Positions 11,854 to 25,254 of a stretch of DNA of 64,000 nt are shown here, piece after piece (the first letter of the stretch is position 1; every line of letters begins with the position of its first letter). Below the pieces are notes generated by a model. It worked only from the letters and a program-made list of their open reading frames with translations, searched no databases and had not been told where the DNA came from. A program made the translations under genes and the position numbers. This stretch comes from Octopus vulgaris (Eukaryota), in contig OX597819.1 of NCBI GenBank assembly GCA_951406725.2, forward strand, positions 91,760,001 through 91,824,000, read 5' to 3'.

Positions 11854-12168
11854 TGTCTTTACTAGCATTATAAGTGAAGATTGGTACAGGCGTGGATTGT
11901 GAGAGTAAGAGCAGAGCGACGGATAAAAACGTCTGGCAGTATTTAGTTACGTCCGTTTAAGCTACGAGTTCGAATCCAATCGTCACATTCGACTTTGTTT
12001 TAATCGTTCCACATGTTTCGATGAGGCGGGCGCCACTCAAAAACATGCAGCTGTCGGTCACATTGGATGTGACGACTTGCCCTTGATCGTCAGGCTAAAC
12101 TGGGATCTGTAAGGGCCTCCTGACTGTTCTTATTGTAACCATTTCGTTTGATTGTATGTTATTCTATA

Positions 12169-12397
12169 GGCGGCGAGCTGGCCGACACGTTAGCGCGCCG
12201 GGCGAAATGCATAGCGGTATTTCGTCTGTCGTTACGTTCTGAGTTCAAATTCTCCGAGGTCGACTTTGCCTTTCATCCTTTCGGGGTCGATAGATAAAGT
12301 ACTAGTTTCGCACTGGGGTCGATGTAATCGACTTAATCCCTTTGTCTGTCCTTGTTTGTCCCCTCTGTATTTAGCCCCCTGTGGGCAATAAAGAAAT
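12169..12397 (+). mobile_element. SINE family B (alternative tail ...ttagccccctgtgggcaataaagaaata)
   Basis: Same head and core as the 5494 copy, different 3' tail. Confidence 0.85.
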
Positions 12398-13714
12398 ATG
12401 TATGTTATTCTATCGTTTTACAAAACTGTGTAAAAACTCACATTACTTATAATTTGCTCTTGTAACATCACTTTTACGGCGCTCATATGATATTGATACG
12501 AGTGTGTGTGTGTGTGTGTGCCTATGCGTGAATGTGAATGTGTGTATTCATATATATATGTATTTGTGTGTATACGTTGGTTTGTATAAATGTCCTTCAG
12601 CTGCATGAAAAACGTGTCAAGTGTTCTTGTGTAACTGAAATCTACAATGCAAACATATTACAAGCATGCGTAGCTCGAAGGTATCTGACATCTGTGGTGA
12701 TGGTGGTGGTGATGATGGTGATGGTTGTGGCGATGGTGATGCTGATGCTGATGGCAGCCGATCTCCCGATCGTACCGAGTTTTTCTATTTTTGATACTAT
12801 ATGTTCAGTCATAACTCTTAACAGTAGTATCATCGTTTTTTTTTTCTGCTTTCCGATAACAGGGGGCAGGACTTGAATCTAGAACGTACAAAATACAGGA
12901 CAAGTACCACAAGGCATCCTGTCGATCTCTCTGACAATTTCACCAATCTACTGCCTCAGATTAGTATCTAATTTATCGACCCCCAAAGGATGAAAGACAA
13001 AGTTGAGAACAGTGGAATTTGATCTCAGAGCGCAGAGTGTTAGAAAAATACTGCAAAGCATTCAGCCTGACGCTTTAAAAACTCTATCAATTAACCACCT
13101 TACCCCTCCAATTAGCTGCCAATTAAAGATAGCAAATCTGCAGAGCTGGAATGTTACGAAAGATATAGTTTTTTTAAAGCTGAAAAGCAAATAGTGAAAA
13201 CTATTATATACCGTACTGGTGTCTATAGCAACCTTATACACAAACAAGATATGTAATGCTAATAGATTACGCCTTCAGATATCACCTGCACCAGCACAAA
13301 AGCTCTTCATTAATCGCTGTAGCACTATTATAATATATTTGGAAATTGAGAGACAAAAATGAGGCCACTAGTATTTTCCTCAGCAGCATTTAGAACGGTT
13401 CAAAGTGCTACGATATATGACGCGCAGAGAAACTACACATCATTTGCACCTTAAGTATATCGTGTGAGCATATTTCTTGCCGCAGAATTGAACTAAAACT
13501 CCATGATGCATAATAGATATCAGGCGACGGTCACTTCGACTTGCAATCGCATAAAGTGATCCTAATTTTCCCATTATTGCAATTATAAGCTGTTGTGCTG
13601 AGGGGGATGCTGGAGCAGAAACTGTTGGATACTTTATGGTGTTAATATGTCTTCATATAAGTTCTGAATTCAAACCCCATGGCAGATTGATTTTTGCTTT
13701 CCATTTCTCTAAGG

Positions 13715-13785
13715 CAGTGGTTCTCAACCAGGGTCCATATGGCCACTGGGGCTCCATATAAATTTTTTGGGGGTCCATGCAACAT
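13715..13785 (+). mobile_element. hAT-type (Charlie-like) MITE left end
   Basis: Starts cagtggttctcaacc-agggtccat, a typical hAT terminal motif; interrupted by a SINE; right end not found. Confidence 0.5.
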
Positions 13786-13789
13786 ATCC

Positions 13790-13907
13790 TCGAAAGGATA
13801 AAGGCAAAGTCGACCTCGGCAGAATTTGAACCTAGAACGTAAAGACAGGCGGAATACCGCTACGCATTTCGCCCGGCGTGCTAACGTTTCTTCCAGTTCG
13901 CCGCCTT
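13790..13907 (-). mobile_element. SINE family B, partial
   Basis: Reverse complement of the 5494 head and core. Confidence 0.8.
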
Positions 13908-14169
13908 ATGAACAATAAGATATACAAGCCATGATCACCCTGACTATATAATTTCCGACATGGTGTATCTAATATGATTTTCATTTGTTAAAGACATTCA
14001 CGTGTGCAATTTGAGTGAGATTTGGTTTGAATTATTCTTAGCAGATCAAACAACTACGTAGTGTTTCGTCAGCAGAGAGTAGTGAGTAGCTATGTAAAGT
14101 GGTAGTCTCCCATTCTGTTAGTTCCACGACTGAGTATCAAATTTCTGATTGAAGCAGTTTCACTTTCAT

Positions 14170-14545
14170 TAACCTTACTTGCAAACTACATGGTTTCAGG
14201 TTCAATCCCACAGCGTGGCACTCTGGGGGAAATGTCTTCTTAGTATAATAAACCCAGGGCCGGCTGATGTCTTGTGAGTGAATTTGGTTGAGGGAAACTG
14301 TGTGGAAACGTGTGGGTGTGTGTGTGTATGATTGTCACACTTCTAACAGATTGACAACTGGTGTTGGTTTGTTTACGTCCCTCGTAGCAAAGCCTTCTGC
14401 AAAAGACACCGATAGAGTAAGTACCAGCCTTTTAAAAATAGCATAAGTACTGGGGACGATATATTCGACAGAAAAAAAAAAGACTCCTTCAAGGCGGTGT
14501 CCCAGAAAGGCTGCAATCCCATGGCTGAAACAGATAAAAGATAGA
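14170..14545 (+). mobile_element. SINE family C, diverged
   Basis: catggtttcaggttcaatcccacagcgtggcac...gacaactggtgttggtttgtttacgtccc...ctgaaacagataaaag; aligns with the 27288 and 63149 copies. Confidence 0.7.
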
Positions 14546-15214
14546 ATATAAAAAGTACTCCGAGGAAAGGCACACAGTCCACCCTGCACAGCAACCCACT
14601 CTAGACTCCAAGTTAGCATGCACTATCAGGGAACACATTTTTCTCAAACATCGCACCTCATAACTGAGCTCCGCAGGTATTATATTTGCATCCCAATTTA
14701 AATTCCTACTTGTTTACGCTCTGTCATGTCGCTTATATTTCTGTTTTTATTTTATACCATACATTTTATGAACAACAGCAGAGTTGGTTACAAGTTTCGA
14801 ACGAGTGAAACTTAGGCGAAGTGAATATCACACAGTATATTTTGTTCGACGCACCAATTTATGGGCGATTTCTCGCCATCGAGTATAGCTTTCTCCCTTA
14901 CCCCCACACGTCAGTCTTCCATACAGCTTCTGTAGATGAAATTTTCTTCACAAGGCATTGTTCAACCTGTAGCTAACAGAAAACACTTGCCTAAGCACTG
15001 TGCAGTGGAATTAAACTGGAAATCTCGTTGCTGGGAAGCGAATTTCTTGCACCACAGCTATACCTAAAGTGGGTTATTGTATCATGCATGCCTTCATGTG
15101 ATGTGAGTGATTCAAACGCCAGTTGTGAATCACAACAGAATCTCTGCTTTGGTTCGCCTGGAGCTTACTACCGGTCTGTAAAACCTGTAAAAGTACCAAT
15201 AATAGTTTCAATTT

Positions 15215-15800
15215 GTGGCACAGGACCGACAGATTTTGGTGGGAGGGTGAATTCGATTACATCAAACCCAGTACTTGATAGGTGTTTATTCTGTCGACCC
15301 CGAAAGGATGAAAGGCAAAATCGACCTCGGCGGAATTTGAGTTCAGGACGTAAAGACGGACGAAATGCCTATTTCTTAACTACCCACAAAGGGCTAAACA
15401 CAGAGCGGACAAACAAGGACAGACAAACGGATTAAGTCGATTATATCGACCCCAGTGCGTAACTGCTACTTATTTAATCGACTCCGAAAGGCAAAAATCG
15501 ACCTCGGCGGAATTTGAGTTCAGGACGTAAAGACGGACGAAATGCCGTTAAGCATTTTGTCCGTCGAGTTACCGTTTCTGCCTGCTCGTTATCGTTCCAA
15601 CAATAATAATAATATTGGCTTAAAATTTTGGCGCAAGGGGGTGGGGTAAGACGATTACATCGATCGCCAGTACTTAACTGGTACTTATTTTAACGATCTT
15701 GAAAGGATGAAAGGCTAATTCGGCGGAATTTGAGCTCAGACGGACGACATGCTGCTAAGCATTTTGTCCGGCGAGATAACGGTTCTGCAAGTTTGCCATA
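15215..15800 (-). mobile_element. Cluster of nested/tandem SINE family B copies
   Basis: Repeated cgaaaggatgaaaggcaaa.tcgacctcggcggaatttga segments. Confidence 0.75.
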
Positions 15801-16350
15801 TTTCCAACAGTACTAATAACGTTGTTGCTGTAGTTGTTGTATAGTTTCAAATAAAGTGTTTGTCTAGACGGTATACGTAATATTGATTTCTTACACTGTA
15901 AAGCTTTGCCTTATCTTAGATCTAAAAAGAAAATGTTCTGTGATGATATAAAATTATGCAGTTTTTTCCCCCTAAAGACATAAGCAAAATTGTATGCAAT
16001 CTCAACTGGAAATTGAAATGAAGTCGTAATTCGCCCAAAATTTATCGCTGCACCATGGCACCAAAGAGCAGAAGAATTGGCAAGTGAAGTGAATGCATTT
16101 AATATTAGATTATGCTATAAGAGTTACACTAACAACTCCTATAATTTCAATTTTGATGAAATTTCCAGGTTTGCTAATCTTAAGTAAATAAACACTCGAG
16201 AAAATTTCGACTCTGCTTCTGCTCTGTTCAATTCTAAAGTCTTATCCTAGTTTTTGCTTTTAGCAAGTTACAGACCAAAACTTCGATACTAATAAATTTC
16301 CATTCCTTGTCTGTGTGTATTTTCACGTTTTCTTCCTATTTCTTTTACAG

Positions 16351-17708
16351 AGCCGGTTGGTGTTTTCCGTCTGTGGAACTACCATTTTATAACAGTTACT
16401 CTCGCTGCTGCTGCTGCCGCTGTTGTGGCTGTTGTTGCTGTCGTTGCTGCTAGTATTGCTGCTGTTGTTGCTGCTGTCTCTGCCGTCTCCACGTCTCTCC
16501 CTGTAGGACTCCACCTTACTTCGAACTTAGTGTCTTCAACCTTATCATCATAAAAAAAAAACAACTTTTATTTCTTTATCACCGTTCTTTACTAACACTG
16601 CTTCACACATTCACCCACCCCTACCCTATCTTCCAAAAGGGAGTAAAAAGTTCTATTAGCAGTTGGCTGACGATTTCTTCTGCTTAAGCATTCTCTGCTA
16701 CCACCACCGCCGCCAGCACCCTCAATCGACAGCAATACCAGCACTTGCACTACACCCTGCCTTCAGCCACCACCGCCACTACCGCCACCATCGCTTGCAG
16801 TACACTCTACCCTCGCCACCGCCATCCTTATCGGCACTACCAAACACCCACAACTACCAACACCGCAGTCAGCACTAACACGCCGTTACCCTCCAACACC
16901 ACCCCACTCTAGAGTGCTGAACCGAGGTTTCTGTTACCTGTAGAGAAGCAAAAAGCCCAGAGTAGGTAGCATAGCAGATAGTGAGAAAGCACAGCAGCCA
17001 CAGAAAATCCATTCCTGCTACCCAACATCAAGATGGAATGACGTTACTTTGCGTGGAAGGTAGTCAACACTGCCACCCCCTAGAATATTTCTTCTTCTTC
17101 TTGAACAAGATCTCTTTCAAGCCGCCGACGCCATACTCTTACCACCATTAGCCGGCCTCAGCTGATAAATTTTTTTTTTAATATCAATTTTTTCGCGATC
17201 CCCACCCCAAAAATCTAGTAACAAAAGTAAAGAAAAACAACCCAAAAACAGAAATAACAAATACCAAAAACGGAAAAAAAGGCGACTGTGAACAACAAAA
17301 TAGCCCCCTAAATATATATATAGCACACTTTGTTATTCGATTACCTAAGTTTCTCCAATTTGTTCCATTTGGGGGGGTGCATTGAAAAAAAAATAACAAG
17401 ACAGAAGAAACTTCCTAGAAAATTTTAATATGTAATTAATTAGCAAATAATTAATCAATAAATTTCTTGCAATTTAACATGACTAATTAGTTGCATTTAC
17501 AATAATACTAACAATAAATATTTGCAAAGGAAACAGGCGAATTGAGTTTAGATTAAAACCATATTTTGTTCCCAAGGAAGCAATTATAGTTTTGATAACT
17601 TGACAGCGCCGAGAGGAAAAGAGGGATTTATCAGAACAGTTCAATCTATTCGAAGATAGAGAATCCAAGTACTCTTTGGCTACTAGATTTTTGGAACTTG
17701 ACAGGATC
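16351..17708 (+). other. Probable long 5'UTR portion of the PDZ-gene exon
   Basis: Strong acceptor tttcacgttttcttcctatttcttttacag| ending at 16350; no recognisable TE up to the ATG; only 4 ATGs in 1358 nt (17033, 17038, 17430, 17479), all closed by early stops. Alternative acceptor ttgacag| at 17606. Confidence 0.45.
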
Positions 17709-17807
17709 ATGATCAGTACTGGGATTTTAACCGTCACCCTTGACGGCGGAGCACCATGGGGCTTCAGGCTACAAGGAGGTGGTCCCAACCCATTGCAAGT
17801 TCTCAAG
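17709..17807 (+). CDS. First coding exon of a PDZ-domain protein (synaptopodin-2/SYNPO2L/PDLIM-Zasp-like N-terminal PDZ)
   Basis: MISTGILTVTLDGGAPWGFRLQGGGPNPLQVLK then AAG|gtacgt donor (phase 0). GGAPWGFRLQGG is the carboxylate-binding loop of this PDZ group; the 'PLQV.K|' exon end matches my recollection of SYNPO2/SYNPO2L exon 1. Too short for the ORF track. Confidence 0.9.
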
Positions 17808-17834
17808 GTACGTTGATATTTCGCTATTGTTTCG

Positions 17835-17869
<35 letters not shown>

Positions 17870-17969
17870 AATAATGAGTATACAATGCAATACACTTGCA
17901 TTTAACAAATAAATATACGTATGCATCCACACACATAAACACAAATGCACAAACAGACGTATCGTACAG

Positions 17970-18011
<42 letters not shown>

Positions 18012-18102
18012 ACCTGTGTGTGTGTGTGATAATGCGCATACATCATTATCATTATATATATATATATATGGAAAAGTATATATCCATATATATATATATA
18101 CA

Positions 18103-18152
<50 letters not shown>

Positions 18153-18929
18153 ATATGCATATATATATATACATGCATACATATATATATATAAACATCT
18201 GCGTATATATATATGCGTATATTATATAGACATATGTATGCATGCATATGTATGTATAAGCACAAATGCACATACACACACATGCGTATCTATGTATGTT
18301 CATGTCTATATCTAGTGTTACACGTGTATACATATTAAATCAATGAAATCTGTCTACATCTGTGTGTCTCTCTTTCTTCTCTCTCTATCTATTTGCGTAT
18401 TTTCCTACAAATGTTTCTGAAACATGGCGGTTTTCCAGGACAGAAATTGTTCCACAAGGGTTGGAACCAACTAAGGAAAAGAAAACCAAAAGGAAAAAAA
18501 AGTAATGACCTACCAACCTAGCTACGTAGCTAGCTACCTACATACCTACCTACCTATCTTTCTTACCTACAAGCATATCTTGGTACTAATATAACTATCG
18601 TTTCTGCTAGCCATACATGCCAAAATCAGGGATGTTTTTAAAAAGAGTTGAGTGAGAGAGTTTTTATTCCATACGTAGCTTTGTTTACTAACAACATTAC
18701 AGACCAGCTGTGTGTTGTTGGCTGGCATTGTTCAACTTAAATAGTTTTATCTGATCGTCTGTAAGTGTGGCAAACAGACCAGGCCCGCCGACCGGATGCC
18801 ATATTGATGTCAAGTCAAATACTATCTTTAGAATATCATCCCACACACATACAAACACAGAGTCTGTGTCTAGTGTTAGTGTGTGCGTACAAACATGTAT
18901 ATGTGTGTGTGTGTGTGTAATTTTATATA

Positions 18930-18998
<69 letters not shown>

Positions 18999-19001
18999 GT
19001 A

Positions 19002-19036
<35 letters not shown>

Positions 19037-19138
19037 GTATGCATATACGATTATATGAGTTTATATCTATCTATCGGTAAATATGTTATATACGCATAAA
19101 TTTATAGTTGTGTGTGTATGTGTATATGTATACACACA

Positions 19139-19330
19139 CAGGCTGTCAATAACTTACTTTTACAATCCGGAAAAAAAAAATTAGGAAAAAAGGTTAACTC
19201 AGCAGGTTGCATGCAATCAATGGAGCACACATTCTCCTGTTTCTTATAAAAAAACGCTATTTGTTTGCTTATGTTTTCCAATAAATTATAACAATTTTTC
19301 AAATTGCAAAAGTAAGTTATGGACATGTTA
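19139..19330 (+). mobile_element. Tc1/mariner-type MITE
   Basis: TIRs gtcaataacttacttttacaat / attgcaaaagtaagttatggac; interior SRLHAINGAHI resembles the 'R..ACI..NG.HFE' transposase tail. Confidence 0.65.
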
Positions 19331-20034
19331 TAATGTTACATATTATATATATAAGCATGTTTCATGCGATATTGAAAAACTAGTCAGCTGTTGTTTTGAT
19401 CAACCCATATCAATTTTGATCCTCAAAACTTATAGTCAAATGCCCCCAGCTTCCAACTGTGTCCATCCCATCTTTCATCACATCTAATATATCCAATGAC
19501 CATATTATCCATGTTTGATTTTTGTTTAAGATGGCAGGACGTAATTTGACAGAGTTTTGGCTGCTATTTTAAGCACACTGAGTGTCCATGTAAACGGTCC
19601 CTTGTTTAATTAACTGATCACTTTTACTTAGTGTTGTATTACGTGATACACTATCCAGAACAGTATATAATTTTCTTTGTAGTTTAAAGAGAAAGGGCAG
19701 TGTACGTGATACTTTTTTCTAGATCTCCGAGACTGATAAGTGAGAAGAAAGGAGGGGATGGTATATCCCGACTGGAGATGTGACCTGCATGATTGCAACA
19801 TTGAATAAAGTATACTTCGCTGAAGCTACTCAATGATAAGGTGTTGGTGGTAGCCGGGTGAACATGGCTAATAGTAGCAACTTATTATCTAAAGTAGTCC
19901 TTTATTATCTAATCCTTTTACTTGTTTTATTAGCAATGTCCTAAACTACTTAACGAAGAACATTATAAAAGACCCTAACAAACAATGCTCTCCTGCATTG
20001 CATAGCATGTCGGTATATTTTGAAGTCTTTTATT

Positions 20035-20240
20035 TTTTTTTTTACTTATTTTAGTCATTAGACCGCAGCCATGCTGGGGCAACGTCTTGAAGGGTTTTAA
20101 TCGAACAAGTCGGCCCCAGTACTTCTGTTTATTTTTTAAGGCCAGCACTTATTCTTATCGGTCTCTTTTACTGAACCGCTAAGTTACAGGGACATAAACG
20201 AACCAGTACCGATTGTCAAACATCTGGGAGGGTAACAAAA
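20035..20240 (-). mobile_element. SINE family C, 3' half
   Basis: ttttacttattttagtcattagaccgcagccatgctgggg...ctgaaccgctaagttacagggac; reverse complement of the family C tail. Confidence 0.7.
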
Positions 20241-20415
20241 ACAATCAGAAAGATAGGCTCACGCATACACACAAACACACACATATACACACGAGTATGC
20301 ACATAAATGCAAAAGAAGGTGGGGAAAATAGTACTCGAATACCGAGGGTAGAGTAATATGCTTTTTGTTTTTATTAAAGTTACAAAAACATCGCAGAAAT
20401 TGTTACCCAGTCTTA

Positions 20416-20470
20416 ATCACAACTGTCGGACGAACGGAGACGTGAAATTCTGAGTAACAGTTTTTGTGAT
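20416..20470 (+). ncRNA. Hammerhead ribozyme-like motif (U4G)
   Basis: atcacaactgt-CGGACGA-acg-gaga-cgt-GAA-ATTC-T-GAGT-A-acagtt...tgtgat: perfect stem I core, GNRA-capped stem II, GUA triplet. Confidence 0.7.
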
Positions 20471-20486
20471 GGTTTTGTATAAAAAA

Positions 20487-20536
<50 letters not shown>

Positions 20537-21572
20537 CATATATTTGCATATTTTAAGGTACATCTCGCGAATGCTCTGGGATACATCGTCAGTGATGTTT
20601 CTGGGGTCCCAGGGCGTTTCGGGTCTTTTAACACCAGGCACCTTATACGATGGGCTTGCACATAATTTCCGTCCGCCAAATTCACTCACAGGGCATTCGG
20701 TCGGTCAGGAATAAGAACAGAAGATACGGAGAAGATACTTGCTCAACATGATGTGTAGTAGAATTGAACTCGAAACGACGTCGTTGGTTTCGGCGGTTCA
20801 GTCTTATTATACAAGCACTACTTACATAATTAATTATTTTATTAATCACTGTGTCACATTTTACCACGCAACACAAAACAATGCCATACATTACATGCCA
20901 TACATTACAAAATAGCAGAGCACAACAGTACAACATGTATTCATTTGTACTATGTCAAAACGTCTCAGTAACCGTAGACTTTAAATGACACACAGCATCT
21001 ACGTGTAAATCTCATCTAAATATATATTTAGCAATGCAAAATAACATAACAACACAGTAGAGTAGATCATATGATGCCAAACTATATGCTGTTACCTTAT
21101 ATTAAAATGTTAAGGAGTAGCATCACAACTCTACTTATGAGAATATCATATTAACTCACACAAAGCATCGCGTTATCGTAATATATTTTCACATTATACT
21201 TTGCTCTACAAAACTGCACAAGACCAAATGATTTGTTTTACATACCAAAAGAAATGCTATCCTGCGGGGATATGTACCTACCTACCTACCTACCTATCCA
21301 CCTATGTATATTTAACTGCTTTCAAAATAAATGTATATTTCATTTTAATGGCTCCGTTGAAGGTATATGATGTTGCACAAGTATTCAGCTTTGAGGACAT
21401 TGATTCTTGTACCAGAAACAGCTGTAAAACTAATGAAAGCGATTACGTAACTCCTGTTCTTCTGTTATTTATTAATTGATATTATACTCTGTACTCTCAT
21501 AGTGCTTTTCTCTAAAGTATAAGTATATTGAACTCTAACAGCTAATTTTTAATATTGCTATGGCTAAGCAAA

Positions 21573-21609
<37 letters not shown>

Positions 21610-23349
21610 TTTACGTGTATATCCATTCATATATATGTGCATATACATGCATATACATGCACACACACACACATATACGATCAGACTCCAAGGAAATTGG
21701 TGTTGTTCTATGCATGTTTCTTCCTATGTTTCCTTCTCCAAGATTTTTACCGAACTGTTTGCTGTTATGTGTTGTAAGTTAAATGCCTGTGCAGTGATCT
21801 TCTCTCTCTGGCTCAAAGTAAACTTTGTCAATGTTGTGCATTGTCAGATTACTCGTACTTCAACATAACTATGGTAAAAAGATATTTCAGTCATGGCAAC
21901 TCAGTTGCTTGTGTATCAGGAACTTTGTCGTTCAATATAGCTTTAGTTACTATTCTCATCCGGAGTGAGAGAGAATGTGTCAGGTCTTTATTGAACAAAA
22001 TTGCTGATGTATAATCCCCACCCCTCTCTCTAAGACAAACACACACGTATAATTACATATCTTCAAAGTAGGTCGCTGAACTAACAGGCTAATTTGTTTC
22101 ATTACTTACGCAAAGTAGCTGCCATTTAGAAACAGTGTGAGTTTGAACTTAGCTAGGGAGAGTAATAGGAAGGGATGCTTTTTTTTCGGTTATACATATG
22201 TATATATATGTATTAACGAAATGTATACATATCGGTGTATAATCGCTATTATCATTATATTTATTTATTAGAAAGTGCTGTGATTAGGTTATTTTTACAG
22301 GTACTGTCCCACTGGAAATCTTCTAAACAAAAAAGAGTTCTAACAGAGCAATGATCCTTAACGTTCAGAGCTCAAGTTCTGTTGAAGTCAGCTTTGCCTT
22401 TCACCCATCCGAAATCAATAAAATAAAGTTATAGTCATATATTAGGTCGATGTTCACATATTTTTGTTTCTAATTTTGTCTCAAAGCCAATAATTTGAAG
22501 GTATCAGAGCAGTCGGTTACATCAATTCTACTGCTCTACTGGTACTCATTTTATCGACTCCGAAATAAAGAAAGGCAAGTTGACCTCGGCAGTATTTGAA
22601 CTCTGAACGTAAGGAGTAGGAAGAAATGCTGTTATGCATTTTGTCTGCTGCACCGACGATTCTGCCAGCTTGCTGTCTTAATCATGATGATAATAATTAT
22701 TTCCTTATTGCTCTCCGAAATATCTTTGATGAAGTCACTGGTTTGAAGGAGAGAGATACGGTCAAGTTAATCTACTTCATAGAATAATAAATGATTATTT
22801 TCTGAGCTAACGAGTCAATCTGTACGTGGCTGCTCAAAACAGCAGCTATATTTCTCAAATCATACTATACTCTTTTAAAATGGCTAGGCTACATTAGCTT
22901 GTTTAGTACTAGATATATAAAAACGATGTTATGGCCTTGGTTGAAATGCCTTTGATCATAGGTACACTCAACCAAAGACTGACATGTTAAAGCTATATAT
23001 AATAAGTAGTTATTTCCTTGACTTCCTTAAGGAAAGCTCAGTGGAATTGAAACAAATATATAGAAGAGATTAAAAATTAAATATATGGCAAGGCATTTCT
23101 GCCATCACTTCACCTCACTACTACACTAATTAAAAATATTTTTTTGAGGTTGACTAGACTTTTGAAGGGAAGAGGAGCAATCGCACAATCCTGCCTTTCG
23201 GTAGAATGTAAAGCCGATTCATACGGGATTTGAACTCAGAAATCAGGGAAACAAATATTGTAAAGAATTTTAATATGGCGGTGTTCTATGGATATTTGCC
23301 TTTTTACTCACTTCACTGTACATAATCATTTTTCAAAAATTGGATGCAA

Positions 23350-23720
23350 ATGCGGTTGTGTGATTAAGAAGCTCGTTTTGCAGCTACCTGCTCTCAGGTT
23401 CAGTTCCATTGCGCGGTACATTGAGAAAGTGTCCTCTCTGGGCCGAAGAATGCCCTGTGAGTAAATTTGGCAGGTGGAAACGGTGTGGAGGCACGTTGTA
23501 TACACACACGTGTGTGTGTGTGTGTGTGCGCGCGCGTTTGTCTCCTCCTCATCGTTTGACAACCGGTGTTGGTTTGCTTACGTTTACCTAGCGTAACTGT
23601 TCGGCAAAAGAGTCTGATACAATAAATACCAAACTTAAAAGCAAAAAAACTAAATACTTAAGTCAGTTTGTTCGACTAACCTCTCCAAGGCTGCTGTCCA
23701 ACGACTGAAAGAAAAGATGG
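23350..23720 (+). mobile_element. SINE family C, diverged
   Basis: Aligns with the 27288 and 63149 copies. Confidence 0.65.
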
Positions 23721-24716
23721 TGAATAGGTAAAAAAAAAGTAAAAAAAAAAAGTTAAAAGGTCACCAATTTTGATAATTTACTGCATTAGTAGATTTATAA
23801 CTGGTACTTGTTTAAACGACTTCTGAAATGGGAAAAGCGAAGACAACTCTGACGAGATTTGAACAATCTTAGAAGGACTTAAGTAATTGTTGTAAGGCAT
23901 TTAGTCCCGGCCCATATCATGCCTAACCCCATTCACTATCTTCAGCATGATTAGTATCAATAATGATAACAATAATACTTATAATACACTACAGTACAAC
24001 TAGATTAGATAAAAGTACACCAGATATATCTATTCTAGACAAGAGTAATATCACACCATAGATATTATATGATGTCATACGGCATTATGTTATAATCGGC
24101 CATATTATCTTGATTAAAATTGCAATGACAGCGAATATATATCTACTTGGATTTATTTTTGGTACCAATAAAATGCACATTTAGCATTCTCTAGAACACG
24201 CATACCATATTTCCTCGCACCATCCACGCACTAGTGATCATATAAAATAATAACTGGATAGTAGCTAGGTGAGCGGAATTTTCAAGTACGAAACACAATA
24301 TTATTGGCGTGGTGAAGTATATGAAGTATCTTAACTACATGGTTTCATCTTCTCCCGAAGTGAGTGAACATATATGCATATAACGGTGATGGTAATGGGT
24401 TCTATAAAATGTTAGTTTGAAGCAGAACTGCCGAAAACTTCATCTTCATCTAATGATCTAGAATGAGTCAGCTTGACGGAACCCATTCCATTACAAGCTA
24501 TATTCGCGGAACGAATTTAAACACAGGGTTGTCTGTTATACATAACAAAACAATCGCCAATTTTTACACTGTTCTGGATGATGAAAAGGAGGATTATTTT
24601 GACGATGTACGACGGAATGTTACTTGCAACAGTGAAATGTGGTATCTATTTACAGTTAAGTAGACTGCGCCTGGACCAGGTAGTTTTATTTAAAAGAAAT
24701 TACATATCGGATAGTT

Positions 24717-25028
24717 GAGGCGCAATGGCCCAGTGATTAGGGCAGCGGACTCGCGATCATAGGATCGCGGTTTCGATTCCCAGATCGTCGTTGTGAGTAT
24801 TTATTGAGCGAAAACACCTAAAGCTCCACGATGCTCCGGCAGGGGATGGTGGCGTTCCCTGCTGTTCTCTTTCGCCACAACTTTCTCTCACTCTTTCTTC
24901 TATTGGCCTGCTCACTTAGCCAGTGGGGTGGCATCATTTGAAGGTTAAAACGATGCGAAGCGCATTGTGACCAGTGATGTGTAGCAACATCTGATAGCCT
25001 GGTCGGTCACGGTGATCACGGTGATCAC
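24717..25028 (+). mobile_element. tRNA-derived SINE, family A
   Basis: gaggcgcaatggcccagtgattagggcagcggactcgcg...ggtttcgattcccaga (A and B boxes); body gagcgaaaacacctaaagctccacg; tail ending in (cacggtgat)n. Confidence 0.85.
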
Positions 25029-25254
25029 ATATCGGATAAGGGCTGTGGATTGTCAGAATTATCAGAGTGTCGTGTGGTTCTTTACGTTCTGATTTTAACT
25101 CTCACTGGGATTAACTTCATTTTTCATTCCTCCGGGGTCAATAATATAAGATAGCAGTCAAATACTAGAGTCAATTTAATCGACCGACCCTCTTCCCTCT
25201 AATTTCAGTCCTTCTGCTTATATTACAAAACAATTAGCTGATATATGGTATGCA

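Noticed and set aside
11182-11865. 227-aa Asp/Gly-rich then poly-His ORF resembling a biomineralisation or metal-binding protein
   Set aside because: Entirely trinucleotide repeat, open on several frames and both strands, non-ATG start, no signal peptide.
19195-19240. 'AING' peptide as the PDZ 'ING' motif
   Set aside because: In-frame stop just upstream, and it lies inside a TIR-bounded MITE.
24717-24790. tRNA-like sequences (also 52610-52680, 56615-56690, 60845-60918)
   Set aside because: These are SINE heads with A/B boxes that run straight into shared SINE bodies, without a complete acceptor stem; not tRNA genes.
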